Below are positions 10,454 through 21,421 of a stretch of 59,086 bases of DNA, in pieces (the stretch's first letter is position 1; the number at the start of each line of letters is the position of its first letter). The position numbers and the translations under genes are program-made. The notes beneath the pieces are model-generated. The model made no database searches. It saw only the letters and a program-made list of their open reading frames with translations, and was not told the origin of the DNA. This stretch comes from Candidatus Eiseniibacteriota bacterium (GTDB lineage: Bacteria; Eisenbacteria; RBG-16-71-46): assembly GCA_031370785.1 (NCBI GenBank), contig JANMQY010000004.1:1-59086 (forward strand), given 5' to 3'.

Positions 10454-11388
10454 TGGACGAACGCCACCTCGACCGGCACGCCCTCTTTCGCACACTCGAG
10501 CGCGACCACCGCTTCGTCGATCCGCACGCGCTCGAGCGCCGCGATCGCGACCTCGCACATGGTGAGATCAGGCTCGCGCGTGGTCAGGCGTTGGAACTGG
10601 AGTCCGGGCCAAACCAGCGCGCGCACCAGCGGACGGTCGGCATACCTGCCCGAGAGCCGGATGAACTCGAACGCGACGCCAGCGATGAGCGGCATGCACG
10701 CGATGCGCAGCAGATGCTGTCCGAGAGTCGTTGGGCGCCCGATGAACGTGAACACGATGATGCTGATTACGACCACGAGAAACAGGAACGAGGTGCCGCA
10801 GCGCGGATGAAGGCGGCTGAAGCTCTGGACGCTCTCGGGTGTGAGCGGCGCGTGGTTCTCGATGGCGTGGATCGCCTTGTGTTCGGCGCCGTGGTAGCCG
10901 AGAACGCGCGCCATTTCCTTCCACTGGCTGATCAGCAGCAGGTAGAGCATGAAAGCCAGCAGGCGAAAGGCTCCGTCCACCAGGCCGAAGCCAATCCGGT
11001 CTGTGAATCCGAGCCACATGGTGACGCGGGCCGGGAGCACGACGAACAGCAGCACGCCCAGCGTGAGCGAGATCGCGACGGTGATGATCTGCGCCACGCT
11101 CCCGACGCCCGAAGACTTCTTCGGCCCGGCCGTGGCTTCGTCGCGCGCAACCTCGTCGGCGCTGTAGTTGAGCGCGCCGATGCCGAGGTAGAGCGTCTCG
11201 AACAGCGAGACCGCACCGCGGATCACGGGGAGCCCGAGCAGCTTGATGCGCCGGGTGATCGACTCGAAGCGGCGCTCCATGATGGCGATGGTGCCGTCGC
11301 CGCGGCGCACCGCGACCGCGACGCGTGTCGGCGAGCGCATCATCACGCCTTCGATCACGGCCTGGCCACCTACTGGCAAAAAGGGCAT
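10450..11388 (-). CDS. DUF1385 (YqhQ-like) membrane protein
   Basis: [37 protein letters not shown]. Sits in its usual position between rpmE and prfA. Confidence 0.93.
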   Translation of the reverse strand: MPFLPVGGQAVIEGVMMRSPTRVAVAVRRGDGTIAIMERRFESITRRIKLLGLPVIRGAVSLFETLYLGIGALNYSADEVARDEATAGPKKSSGVGSVAQIITVAISLTLGVLLFVVLPARVTMWLGFTDRIGFGLVDGAFRLLAFMLYLLLISQWKEMARVLGYHGAEHKAIHAIENHAPLTPESVQSFSRLHPRCGTSFLFLVVVISIIVFTFIGRPTTLGQHLLRIACMPLIAGVAFEFIRLSGRYADRPLVRALVWPGLQFQRLTTREPDLTMCEVAIAALERVRIDEAVVALECAKEGVPVEVAFVQ

Positions 11389-11406
11389 GCGGACTCCTCA
11401 ACAGAA

Positions 11407-11443
11407 CGGCTCCCGTCCGGGAACAGCTTCCCGGAGGGAGCCG
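11407..11443 (-). terminator. Stable hairpin between rpmE and DUF1385
   Basis: Inverted repeat CGGCTCCC(g)TCCGGGAA / TTCCCGGAGGGAGCCG followed on the minus strand by UUCUGUU. Confidence 0.5.
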
Positions 11444-11454
11444 ATGGGTAAACG

Positions 11455-11718
11455 TTACTTCTGAGCCTTCTCGGCAGTCTCGGCGGTTTCGGTTGCTTCG
11501 GCCGGAGCGGCCTCGCCCTTCGCGTAGCGCCGGCGGAAGCGCTCGACGCGGCCGGCCTTGTCCATCAGCTTCTGCTTGCCGGTGAAGAACGGGTGGCAGT
11601 TGGCGCAGATTTCGACGTGCAGCTCGGGCTTCCCGATGGTGGATCGGGTCTCGATCACATTCCCGCAGACGCACACGATCTTGGTAGTCGCGTAGACGGG
11701 ATGAATGCCGGCTTTCAT
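11455..11718 (-). CDS. rpmE: 50S ribosomal protein L31, Zn-binding type
   Basis: MKAGIHPVY...CVCGN...[31 protein letters not shown]. Confidence 0.97.
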   Translation of the reverse strand: MKAGIHPVYATTKIVCVCGNVIETRSTIGKPELHVEICANCHPFFTGKQKLMDKAGRVERFRRRYAKGEAAPAEATETAETAEKAQK

Positions 11719-11936
11719 TGGATGACCTCGTGGTAGCGGCGGCGGCGACGGACGCTCCGAACGCCAACCCGCCGTGTTATGAGCGGCCGGGGAGTATGCC
11801 CGAACCTGCCGAGAGATTCCAGCAGGCCGGTCGCGGGGCATTGGGATGCGCCTCGAGGCCGCGCGGTGCCGGGAGCCGCCGGATGCGGTGTCACGTTCGA
11901 GTCATGCGGCGCGCGGGCTCAGTCCCCTTCGTCCTC

Positions 11937-12788
11937 TCAGCCCACGCGGACCAGCGTGAACAGCGTGATCTCGGGCCGCACATTGAATCGCAGCGGGGTC
12001 AGGTGTCCGACGCCGCGGCTGACGTACATGCGGCGACCATCGGCACACTCGAACGCGCCCGCGGAGTAGCGCTTGTTGACGACCGGCAGGATCGGCGGCG
12101 GCAGGAACGGCACGGGCCGGACCTGGCCGCCGTGCGTGTGCCCGGCCAGGATCCAGCCGCGAAAGCCGCCCCACCGTGGAAGGTCCGCGGTGTCCGGGTT
12201 GTGGCTGAGCGCGAGCATGGCGCGCGAAGGATCGAGCGTTCCGACCGCGTTCTCCGGCGCGAAGCGGTGGGCCCACAGGTCGTCGAGCCCGAGCACCTGC
12301 AGGCCTTCGATCTCGCGCACTTGGTTGCGCAGGATGTGGACGCCGAACGAAGTCGCGGTCGCGACCACCTGTTCGGCGATGTCGGGATGCGACCAGTTCC
12401 GGCCGTAGTCATGATTGCCGAGAATGCCGAGCGTCGCGATCCGCCCGCGCGGCGCGTGCTCGAACAGGCGCCGCATCTTCCCGAACGCCGGCGGATACCA
12501 GGAGACGAAGTCCCCGGTGAAGACGACCAGGTCGGCCTTCAGCTCGTTCGCCCGCTCGAACACGCTCGCGAGGTAGGAGTCGCTGACCCGCCGCCCGATG
12601 TGCAGGTCACTGATCTGGAGCATGGTTTTCCCAACGAGCGCATCCGGGAGGCGTTCGATCGCGAGCGGCCGGCGCACGGTCTCCAGCCAGTGCAGCTCGA
12701 TGCAGCGCGCGTACACGCCGGCTGTCGCGACCGCGCCGAGCGCGCCGGCACTGACCTGGAGGAAGCGGCGACGGGTCAGTGCGGGCAT
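11937..12788 (-). CDS. Metallophosphoesterase (YkuE/YaeI-like) with twin-arginine-type N-terminus
   Basis: ISDLH, TGDF, GNHD, SHNPD, GHTHGGQ, VSRGVG. N-terminus LTRRRFL. Confidence 0.92.
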   Translation of the reverse strand: MPALTRRRFLQVSAGALGAVATAGVYARCIELHWLETVRRPLAIERLPDALVGKTMLQISDLHIGRRVSDSYLASVFERANELKADLVVFTGDFVSWYPPAFGKMRRLFEHAPRGRIATLGILGNHDYGRNWSHPDIAEQVVATATSFGVHILRNQVREIEGLQVLGLDDLWAHRFAPENAVGTLDPSRAMLALSHNPDTADLPRWGGFRGWILAGHTHGGQVRPVPFLPPPILPVVNKRYSAGAFECADGRRMYVSRGVGHLTPLRFNVRPEITLFTLVRVG

Positions 12789-12795
12789 ACGCGCA

Positions 12796-13644
12796 TCACT
12801 CCGGCCTGCCGGGCGTCGAGCCGCCGCGCATCAGCTCTTTCACGAACTCTCGTGCCTGCACCAGGTCGAAGGAATAGAGCTGCCGCGCGACCTTGATCGC
12901 GGTGATCGTCTCCCCCGACTCGGCCAATGCGCGCAGGCGCAGCTCCTGCTCGGTCCGACTCAGATGCGCCATGCGGACGAAATCCTCGTCGAGCTCGATC
13001 GAGCTCGCGATCTGAGTGTGCGGACCGAGCGCCTCGAGAAACTCTGCCGCTCCCGGGGCGACATCCCACTCCACCTGCAGTCGCGCGGGAGCGATCACGC
13101 GTACCGGGTAGTGACGCCAGGTGGCGGTGCCCGGCAGCGTCTTCTCTCGTTCCTCCGCGAGCGCCTGCGCCAGCGCAACCAGGTCGCCGGACAGTTCCAG
13201 ATCGACCAGCCAGCTCACCTTGGTCTGCCAGCCGCGTGTCGACTCATCCCGAGTCTGGCGCGTGCGATGGACGCTGCGCGCCGCGCGAATGTCGCCGAAT
13301 GGAATGAACGCGACGGTCGCGTCCTCGGCGGGAAAGCGGAAGTTGAGATAGGAACGGAACTGGATGAAGAGCCCCTCGTCGCCGATCCGTGCGAGCCAGT
13401 TCGAAGGCCTGAAGCGCGCGGTGACCATGCGAAAGGTGACCACCAGAATCAGGAGCAGCACGATCGCGACGTATCCGGCAATCCACGAATGACGCTGCCA
13501 GGCGACCACGCCGAGCACGAGGCTCGCGAGCACGACGACGGTTGACCAGAACATTGCCCGCCCCGGCGAAGCACGATAGACACGATCGCGATCCAGGATC
13601 GGAACGTCCGCCACTCGCATCAGCTTGACCGCGCTCTCGCTCAT
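12796..13644 (-). CDS. Hypothetical membrane protein with C-terminal L7/L12-like helical motif
   Basis: Two TM segments. C-terminus ITAIKVARQLYSFDLVQAREFVKEL. ATGA overlap with the upstream gene. Confidence 0.7.
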   Translation of the reverse strand: MSESAVKLMRVADVPILDRDRVYRASPGRAMFWSTVVVLASLVLGVVAWQRHSWIAGYVAIVLLLILVVTFRMVTARFRPSNWLARIGDEGLFIQFRSYLNFRFPAEDATVAFIPFGDIRAARSVHRTRQTRDESTRGWQTKVSWLVDLELSGDLVALAQALAEEREKTLPGTATWRHYPVRVIAPARLQVEWDVAPGAAEFLEALGPHTQIASSIELDEDFVRMAHLSRTEQELRLRALAESGETITAIKVARQLYSFDLVQAREFVKELMRGGSTPGRPE

Positions 13645-14051
13645 TCGAGGAAACGCTCCCGATCCTCCGGCGAAGGCACCATGCAGGCCGCCCGCTGTCC
13701 GAACCAGCGATAGCGGTTGCGCGCGATGATCCGGTAGGCCCAGTCGCGGATCGGCCGCGGGATGATGGCGAGCGCGACCGCCAGCGACCACGGCGCCGAG
13801 AGACCACGCGCGACGCGGATCGCAGCATCGCTTCGCATGTAAGGGCGGCCGTCCTCGATCAGGACGAACGTGTCCACGTCGGCGGAGGCGAGTCCGCTTG
13901 CGGCGAACAGGGCGCCTCCAGCGTTCGACTGCACGGGCGCGAACTTGAAATGCGGCTTCCGCTCGTGGCGCAGGATGAACTGCACCGACGCCGTGCACAG
14001 GTTGCAAAGGCCGTCGAACACAATGATCGCGGGCCCGGGCGGACTGCTCAT
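13641..14051 (-). CDS. DCC1-like thiol-disulfide oxidoreductase
   Basis: FDGLCNLC, RSDAA, RDWAYRIIARNRYRWFG..ACMVP...RFL. Confidence 0.93.
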   Translation of the reverse strand: MSSPPGPAIIVFDGLCNLCTASVQFILRHERKPHFKFAPVQSNAGGALFAASGLASADVDTFVLIEDGRPYMRSDAAIRVARGLSAPWSLAVALAIIPRPIRDWAYRIIARNRYRWFGQRAACMVPSPEDRERFLE

Positions 14052-14920
14052 CCGCGGCCCGGATCGCGCATCATCACCGCGCGCATTCTGAGAGCGGCGA
14101 GCGCGAGCCGTGCGTTGCCGGCGTGTCGAACGTGCTGCGCCAGCTCCCCCGGGCTCGCCGCCCCGAACCACATGCGCCACGCGAACGCGTCCTCCAGCGT
14201 CAGCGTCGCAGTCGGCGCCTCTGGAGGATCCGGCGCTCCCTCGCGCAGGCTCCAGACGCCTTCATCGCTCACCGCGCTCCACGCGCCGCCCGCCTGCCCG
14301 GTCACGCGCAGCGTCACGACCGTGCCGGTCGCGGCATCCTCGCCGGCAAGCGCGTGCGGCAGCGCCCACGCCGACACTGCGACCAGTGGCGCGAGCAGGC
14401 GCTCCGATGTGATCGGCAGCGCGCCGACCGCTGCGCGAATCTGCGCCTGATGATGCCAGCGCTCGGTGAACTCGCGGCCAGTGTCGAGCCAGTTGGGCGA
14501 GGTCTTCTGACCGGCCCAGGCCACCGCGCACTGCGCGGGATCGAGCGGATCGAGTCCCGAGAAGTGCTCCGTCACCTGCGGCCCGGTGAACTCGAGAAGC
14601 TCGATCATGAGCTGCGGGCTCAGACTCCGGGCAACCCGGACCCACTCCGCATTCGTGCGATCGATCGTCGCGACGATGTCCTCGAACTCCGGGAAGCGCG
14701 GGACAGGGTCCGGCCTCGGGTATCGATCGCGCCGCTGCGACAGCACGCCGAGATCGCCCTGCACCAGATGGGCGACCACGTCGCGCACGAGCCACGCGCC
14801 GGCAGTCGTGGGCCGCTGCCAGTCCTCGGCGGCGAGGCCGCGCAGCAGCACGATCAGCTCCCGATGCAGCTCGGGAAAGTGCTGCGTCGTCATCACCGGC
14901 TGCGGAGGGCGGAGCGTCAT
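14048..14920 (-). CDS. Maleylpyruvate isomerase N-terminal (MDMPI/DinB-fold) protein
   Basis: DWQRPT..GAWLVRDVVAHL, VAWAG, REFTERWHHQAQIR. Confidence 0.85.
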   Translation of the reverse strand: MTLRPPQPVMTTQHFPELHRELIVLLRGLAAEDWQRPTTAGAWLVRDVVAHLVQGDLGVLSQRRDRYPRPDPVPRFPEFEDIVATIDRTNAEWVRVARSLSPQLMIELLEFTGPQVTEHFSGLDPLDPAQCAVAWAGQKTSPNWLDTGREFTERWHHQAQIRAAVGALPITSERLLAPLVAVSAWALPHALAGEDAATGTVVTLRVTGQAGGAWSAVSDEGVWSLREGAPDPPEAPTATLTLEDAFAWRMWFGAASPGELAQHVRHAGNARLALAALRMRAVMMRDPGRG

Positions 14921-14936
14921 GCTGCCCTTGCGACCG

Positions 14937-15425
14937 TCACCGGAATCCGCGTTTCACGAACCGCTGCAGCTCGGAGAGGGAGCGGAACGACCTCGTGCTG
15001 TCGCTCTTCGACATCAGAGCCCAGGACAGCTCGGGCGGGCCGGCGACTCCGGTGGCAATCGTTCCGACCATCACCGCCACGCTCAGAGTTGATCCGTCGG
15101 GAAGGCGGGACGAAGCTTCGACGCAGGTCGGAAGATCCCTCGCGGTGTCGGCAGGGCATCCACACGCCTCGCCACAGTCGTTGACCTCCCAGCTCACCGT
15201 GGCCCGGGGTCCCACGAGCCGCTGCAGCCAGCGGGACAGCGTCGTGTCGACAAGGGTGGTGTCGATGGCGTGCACGGAAGCGCGTTGCCCGGCGAGAAGG
15301 AAGTCAGCCATGCTCGTCTCCGGCTCGGTGGCGCGGGCGGGGACGAAGAGAAACAGCAGCAGGACCGCGGTGCGGATGCCGGGAGCGATCGAGCTGCTCC
15401 ACGGTCCTGGCCAGCGCGCGATCAT
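14937..15425 (-). CDS. Hypothetical exported protein
   Basis: ATGA overlap with the TfoX gene stop. Hydrophobic signal-like segment followed by WEVNDCGE...PTCVEA. Confidence 0.6.
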   Translation of the reverse strand: MIARWPGPWSSSIAPGIRTAVLLLFLFVPARATEPETSMADFLLAGQRASVHAIDTTLVDTTLSRWLQRLVGPRATVSWEVNDCGEACGCPADTARDLPTCVEASSRLPDGSTLSVAVMVGTIATGVAGPPELSWALMSKSDSTRSFRSLSELQRFVKRGFR

Positions 15426-16021
15426 GATCGCTTCGCGGACGCCTTCTTCGCGGTGCGCCCGCCCGCAGCAGTTTTCTTCGCCGGCGCTCTCTTCGCGGGC
15501 GAGATCTTCGCCGCCGCCTTCTTCGCAGGCGCCTTCTTCCCCGGTGCCTTCTTCGCAGGTGGGCTCTTCGCCGCCCCCTTCTTCGCAGGCGCCTTCTTCC
15601 CCGGTGCCTTCTTCGCAGGTGGACTCTTCGCCGCCGCCTGCTTCACGGGAGCCAGCTTCGAGAGTTTCGCCGGCAGGCTCGCCGCGAATGCGAACGACTT
15701 CGCGAGCCATCTCTCGAGGTCGCGAGGCGTATCCAGCACGGCCTTCGGGACGACCGCGTACTCCTTCATCGGGCGTCCCGGCATGGGCTCGAAGGTGGTG
15801 GCGCCAAAGCGCGAAGTGAATTCGGCGCGATCCTCCGCGGCGAGCCGCAGGATCATCCGGTCCTCGAAGAGTCCCGCAAACATGTTGCCCTGTGCGAGAG
15901 CCGCCGGATAGCCGAACATCTTCTTCTTCTCAGTCCCCGGAAGTGAGACGAGCGCGATCTCGAAGCGCTGGATGAGCGCCTCGGGCGCAGGCTTCCACCT
16001 GGGCATCGGTTTGTTGGGCAT
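15422..16021 (-). CDS. TfoX/Sxy N-terminal domain protein with histone H1-like Lys/Ala/Pro tail
   Basis: KKMFGYPA...GNMFAGLF, FEPMPGRPMKEY, then PAKKAPGKKAPAKK repeats. GAGG RBS. Confidence 0.85.
   Translation of the reverse strand: MPNKPMPRWKPAPEALIQRFEIALVSLPGTEKKKMFGYPAALAQGNMFAGLFEDRMILRLAAEDRAEFTSRFGATTFEPMPGRPMKEYAVVPKAVLDTPRDLERWLAKSFAFAASLPAKLSKLAPVKQAAAKSPPAKKAPGKKAPAKKGAAKSPPAKKAPGKKAPAKKAAAKISPAKRAPAKKTAAGGRTAKKASAKRS
15475..15645. repeat. 60-bp tandem repeat (about 2.8 copies, 15-bp sub-period) encoding the KAP tail
   Basis: Sequence lines starting at 15481, 15541 and 15601 are near-identical column by column (ccggtgccttcttcgcagg...cttcgccgcc). Confidence 0.9.
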
Positions 16022-16173
16022 GTGGGGGCCTCTCGGGAACATGCGGTTACCCGCGCCAGATGCCGCAAGTGCGGTGTGGCAAGAGTGCTGGCAGAGTAGC
16101 CCGCCGCGCGTGCAGTCGCAATGAGACAGGCGCACTCGGCTGCGTGAAGCGGGTCGGACGTCGCCCGCGACGG

Positions 16174-17049
16174 TCAGTCTCGAACTTCGAACTCCACCGA
16201 TGCGCTGAGATCCAGCAGCGGAATGTGGCGGAATCGCTGCGACAACTCCTCGGGCAGGGCCGAAGGAGGAGGCAAGCCAAGCCACTTTTTCACTTGAGGC
16301 TCATTCGTCGAGTAGCGGAACGTCGCGACGTATTTCCCCGCCTTGGCGAACCGCCCAATCTGGATACCGTAAGGCAACCATCCATTGTCGAACGGATCGA
16401 ATGCTCCACCCGGCGCCAATCTTACGAAGTCGGCTTCCGACAGGCCGTTCATGTTTCCGCAACGCAGAGCGGGTGGAACGACGAATCCGTCTGGCGGTCC
16501 GACGATCTCTATCGACACCTGCGGGTATCGCCCGTCGTTCGAACCATCCACGCTCTTGATGAGCCATGGGGTGTGCCATGAGCGGTTTCGGATCCGGACT
16601 TTGAATTCGGGACGCTCGCCTACCTTGAATTGCCTCGCGGGGACGATCTTGCATTGGAAGTCGTGCGCAGTCATTGAGACATCAGCCCCGACGGTTGCAT
16701 GCGCGGCTGCGGCCGGGCCCAACCCCCAAGGTCCCAGTTCTACTTTCAGCTCCGTAATCGTTCCGGCGACCACGTTTGTCGTGACAACGGCCCTCTTGTG
16801 ACCAATTGCCATTACATGCAGCACGTAAGTTCCAGGAGCGAGATCTGAGAACCGAAATGCACCGTCTTCGGTAGTCGTGGTGCCGGTTCGCGTCCCAAGT
16901 ATCACGACCTGTGCGAATGCGACCTTCTCCTGGGACGCCGCAACCGTTACCGAGCCGGAGATCGCTCCAGTCGCCGTTTCGGCGGCGCCGGCAAGTCCGG
17001 CGCTCCACAGAATGGCTGCGCTCATCAGGAGCGCGAAGACATGCTTCAT
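16174..17049 (-). CDS. Secreted protein with carboxypeptidase regulatory-like (beta-sandwich) N-domain
   Basis: Signal peptide, then TGAISGSVT...AQVVILGTRTGTTTTEDGAFRFSDLAPGTYVL. GGAG RBS. Confidence 0.75.
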   Translation of the reverse strand: MKHVFALLMSAAILWSAGLAGAAETATGAISGSVTVAASQEKVAFAQVVILGTRTGTTTTEDGAFRFSDLAPGTYVLHVMAIGHKRAVVTTNVVAGTITELKVELGPWGLGPAAAAHATVGADVSMTAHDFQCKIVPARQFKVGERPEFKVRIRNRSWHTPWLIKSVDGSNDGRYPQVSIEIVGPPDGFVVPPALRCGNMNGLSEADFVRLAPGGAFDPFDNGWLPYGIQIGRFAKAGKYVATFRYSTNEPQVKKWLGLPPPSALPEELSQRFRHIPLLDLSASVEFEVRD

Positions 17050-17335
17050 GGCTTCTCCAAGGCTGTGAACGCCGTCGGGTGTGACGGCCGATACAGGCCC
17101 AGCTCGCCACCACTCGGCAGGACGATGGTCGTCCTCATCCCCCAGGACTCTTCGGAGATCTCGGTGCAGCAGACGTTCTTCGCCGCGAGCGACCGGATCA
17201 TTGCGCGCAGATCGTCGCACATCCAGTAGAGCGCTGCTCCGAGCACCTGTTTGCCGGCCTCAAGCTGGGGCGTAGCGCCGTCGAGGGGATGGACGGCGAC
17301 CTCTGCGGGCGGCAGCTCGAAGATCAGCCAGCTGC
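17046..17335 (-). pseudogene. 5'-truncated VOC/glyoxalase (extradiol dioxygenase-like) gene fragment
   Basis: WLIFELPPAEVAVHP...LYWMCDDL...WG..T.I.LPSGGELGLYRPSHP. It has no start codon of its own and begins immediately after the rho stop. Confidence 0.7.
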
Positions 17336-18643
<1,308 letters not shown>

Positions 18644-18944
18644 GCGGGTTCGCCTTTGAGATTGTGGCGTGGCCTCCGAGCTGCGGGCCGAGGACCCATG
18701 CGTCGGAGGTGTGGCCGTGGCCGCGTCGTCTAGGTGACGCGTGCGGGCCGGAGGTTAGTGGTGAGGGGTGGTTGGGTTCGTGTGACTCGCGAAGAGTCTC
18801 GAACGAATGCCTCGAATGATTGGGAACGAACGGTGGGTCAGCGGACGTGCTCGGGAAGCTACGTCAATGGGGAGTCGCGGCGGCGTTCGGGTCTCGAGAT
18901 TGGAAGGTCACTCGATCTCGTCCCGGAGCCAACCAGCACACGGA

Positions 18945-18973
18945 ATGTTATGAGGCACCCGGGAAGCTGTCAA
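18945..18973 (-). promoter_or_regulatory. Sigma-70-type promoter of rho
   Basis: Minus strand reads TTGACA (18973-18968), 17 nt, TAACAT (18950-18945). Confidence 0.75.
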
Positions 18974-19148
18974 GCACTTGCTCGACCAACGCGCGGCCTA
19001 TTTCCAAGTCTCGCTCCGTGCATTCCCCGCGACACCGCATGCGCTTCGCACCGGGCGCGCTGAGCGATTTCCCCCGCGGCGCCGGCGCGGAGACTGGCGC
19101 ACCGTGTGTTTGCAGGCCTTATGCGCGGGGCGAAGCGCATCGTTCGCA

Positions 19149-19164
19149 TGGCACACGGGTTGCC
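19149..19164 (+). promoter_or_regulatory. Sigma-54 (-24/-12) promoter
   Basis: TGGCACACGGGTTGCC matches TGGCAC-N5-TTGC exactly. It is intergenic and next to a sigma-54 activator operon. Confidence 0.8.
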
Positions 19165-19174
19165 CTTCTGATCG

Positions 19175-19292
19175 AACGGCGGTGACGCGGGGCTGCGTCC
19201 TACCATCCGAGCCTGCCATCTTCAGCGCGGCTCCCGCACCGCCCATCATCGATCGAGACGCCCCGGCCCAGAGAACCGGGGCGTTCTCATTT
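19175..19292 (+). ncRNA. Candidate sigma-54-dependent small RNA
   Basis: Predicted +1 is ~19175. A hairpin at 19178-19243 (U-G pair favours the + strand) has a 28-nt C/U-rich loop and is followed by a GC hairpin at 19258-19284. No credible ORF. Confidence 0.55.
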
Positions 19293-19294
19293 GG

Positions 19295-19324
19295 AGCCGG
19301 GCGCCCCAGCCGGGCGCCCCAGCC
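19295..19324. repeat. 13-bp direct tandem repeat
   Basis: AGCCGGGCGCCCC x2 plus AGCC. Confidence 0.85.
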
Positions 19325-19330
19325 AACCTG

Positions 19331-19999
19331 TCAGCGCGACGGCCGCCGGATCGGCACCGTGACCGTGACGGTCGGCGGATCCATCGTGCACCAGTCGGGC
19401 AGTGCCTCGGGACTGACTTCCACTCGCACCGTGTCGCGCTTGCCGTCGATGCGCACCGGGGCGAGCACCAGGCTGTCGAGCCTGCGCACCGCGGTCTCCG
19501 GCCCGATGATCGTGACGTAGGGCGGCATCACGTACGCGGTCGAATACGCGTCGGGCCCGAAACCCGGAACGCCCTCGACCCGTGCGGCAACCGGCACGCG
19601 CCGGCGGATCTTGCGGTCGAGCTGGAACTCGAGAATACGCGGCCCGACGACGCGTTCGACCTGCAGGCCCTCGTTGGCGGCGACCGGAAGATCCTCGGCG
19701 CTCACCGCGCGCTCGAACCGCCCGCGCCCGACACCGGCGAGCGAGATGCGGAGCACCGGCTCGCTCAGGCGCACCCGGATCAGCTGCTTGCCGGTTCCGC
19801 GCAGCTCGGCGAGCACCGCGGAAGGCACCGGACCCGAGAGCGCGAGCGAATCACCGATGTCGGTGACCTGGATCGGGAACGAGACCGTCATCCTGGCCGG
19901 CCGGTCGGTATACACATTGAGATAGACCAGCACCGCGAGCAGCAGCGCGACCAGCTTGAGCCCGAGATTGTCGAACAGCAGTCCGCGAAGCAGACTCAT
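19331..19999 (-). CDS. CdaR/YbbR-like membrane-anchored protein
   Basis: N-terminal DNLGLKLVALLLAVLVY anchor, then beta-rich repeats with V.I.GPE and PPTVTVTV. Confidence 0.72.
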   Translation of the reverse strand: MSLLRGLLFDNLGLKLVALLLAVLVYLNVYTDRPARMTVSFPIQVTDIGDSLALSGPVPSAVLAELRGTGKQLIRVRLSEPVLRISLAGVGRGRFERAVSAEDLPVAANEGLQVERVVGPRILEFQLDRKIRRRVPVAARVEGVPGFGPDAYSTAYVMPPYVTIIGPETAVRRLDSLVLAPVRIDGKRDTVRVEVSPEALPDWCTMDPPTVTVTVPIRRPSR

Positions 20000-21417
20000 G
20001 CATCGGCTCCCTGCGCGGCATCGGCCGCTTCGTCCTCACCCGCCTCTTCGCCTTCGCCCGGCTTTCTCAGTCCGTGGCGCTCCATGCGTGAATAGAAGGT
20101 ACGCCGCGTGAGCCCGAGCAGTCGCGCGGCCAGGCTCTTGTTGCCGCGCGCCATCTCCAGCGCCTGCACGAGCAGCTCGCGCTCGAGCACTTCGAGCGAG
20201 AGGCCTTCGGGCGGGATGCGCGGCACCCAGCCGACGCCGCCCGGGCCCGGCTCGGCCGCCTCGGGCCTGGCGAACGACAGGTGCTCGACGCCGATCGTCT
20301 CGCCGCCGGCGAGGATCATCGCGCGCTCGAGCGTGTTCTCCAGCTCGCGCACGTTCCCCGGGAAGGCATAGCGCTCGAGCGCGCGGAGCGCGTCGGGCGT
20401 CAGCTGCTGGGCCGAGGAGCCGTGATTCACGAGGAAGTATTCGGCGAGGCCCGCGATGTCACCGGGCCGCTCGCGCAGCGCGGGCAGCCGGATCGGGAAC
20501 ACGTTCAGGCGGAAGAACAGGTCCTCGCGGAACTGGCGCGCGCGCGCCATCTCCTCGAGGTCGCGATTGGTCGCGGCCACGATGCGGGCGTCCACCGTGA
20601 TCGGCTGATTGCCACCGACGCGGGTGAAGGTCTTCTCTTCGATCACCTGCAGCAGCTTGACCTGCAGGCTCATCGGCATCTCGCCGATCTCATCCAGGAA
20701 GATGGTGCCGCGATGCGCGTTCTCGAAGCGGCCCGCCTTCTGCCGCACCGCTCCGGTGAACGCGCCCTTCTCGTGGCCGAACAGCTCGCTCTCGAGCAGG
20801 TTCTCGGGCAGCGCGCCGCAGTTCACTTTGACCCACGGCCCGGCCGCGCGCCGGCTCGAGAAGTGGATCGCGCGCGCGAACAGGTCCTTGCCGGTCCCGC
20901 TCTCGCCACGCAGCAGCACCGTCGAGTCGGTGGGCGCAACCTTCTGCGCGAGATCCACCGCGCGCCTCGTCGCCGGCGCGTCCCCGACGATGGTGGCGAG
21001 CCCCTTGCGCAGCGAATCAACGGTGCTCTCGAGCCGCGCGTTCTCGGCGGTGAGGGCGCGTTCGCGCTCGATGCGGGCGAGGATCGTGCCCAGCTCCTCG
21101 ACGAATTCGCCCTCCTTGGCGACGAAGTCGGAGGCCCCGCCGCGCAGCGCCTTGCGCGCGCTCTCGAGCGAGCCGTACGCGGTCATGAGCACGACCGCGG
21201 TCGCGGGCCAGCGCTTGCGCACCTCGGCAAGCAGCGCGAGGCCGTCGGGCGGCGGCATCAGCAGATCGGTGATCACGGCGTCGAATGGGGCGGCCGCGAG
21301 TTGCTGGAGCGCGGCGCCCGAGCCGTTGACGAACGCGGTCTGATGCCCCGCGTCGCTGAGGGCGAGCGCGGTCAGCTCCGCGTTCTTGATCTCGTCGTCG
21401 ACCACCAGCACTCGCAA
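19996..21417 (-). CDS. Sigma-54-dependent response regulator (NtrC/AtoC family)
   Basis: Receiver (VVDDE, ITDL), [38 protein letters not shown], Fis-type HTH. Confidence 0.96.
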   Translation of the reverse strand: MRVLVVDDEIKNAELTALALSDAGHQTAFVNGSGAALQQLAAAPFDAVITDLLMPPPDGLALLAEVRKRWPATAVVLMTAYGSLESARKALRGGASDFVAKEGEFVEELGTILARIERERALTAENARLESTVDSLRKGLATIVGDAPATRRAVDLAQKVAPTDSTVLLRGESGTGKDLFARAIHFSSRRAAGPWVKVNCGALPENLLESELFGHEKGAFTGAVRQKAGRFENAHRGTIFLDEIGEMPMSLQVKLLQVIEEKTFTRVGGNQPITVDARIVAATNRDLEEMARARQFREDLFFRLNVFPIRLPALRERPGDIAGLAEYFLVNHGSSAQQLTPDALRALERYAFPGNVRELENTLERAMILAGGETIGVEHLSFARPEAAEPGPGGVGWVPRIPPEGLSLEVLERELLVQALEMARGNKSLAARLLGLTRRTFYSRMERHGLRKPGEGEEAGEDEAADAAQGADA

Positions 21418-21421
21418 AGGC

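Noticed and set aside
15475..15645. CRISPR-like periodicity
   Set aside because: It is a coding tandem repeat with no unique spacers, and no cas genes are present.
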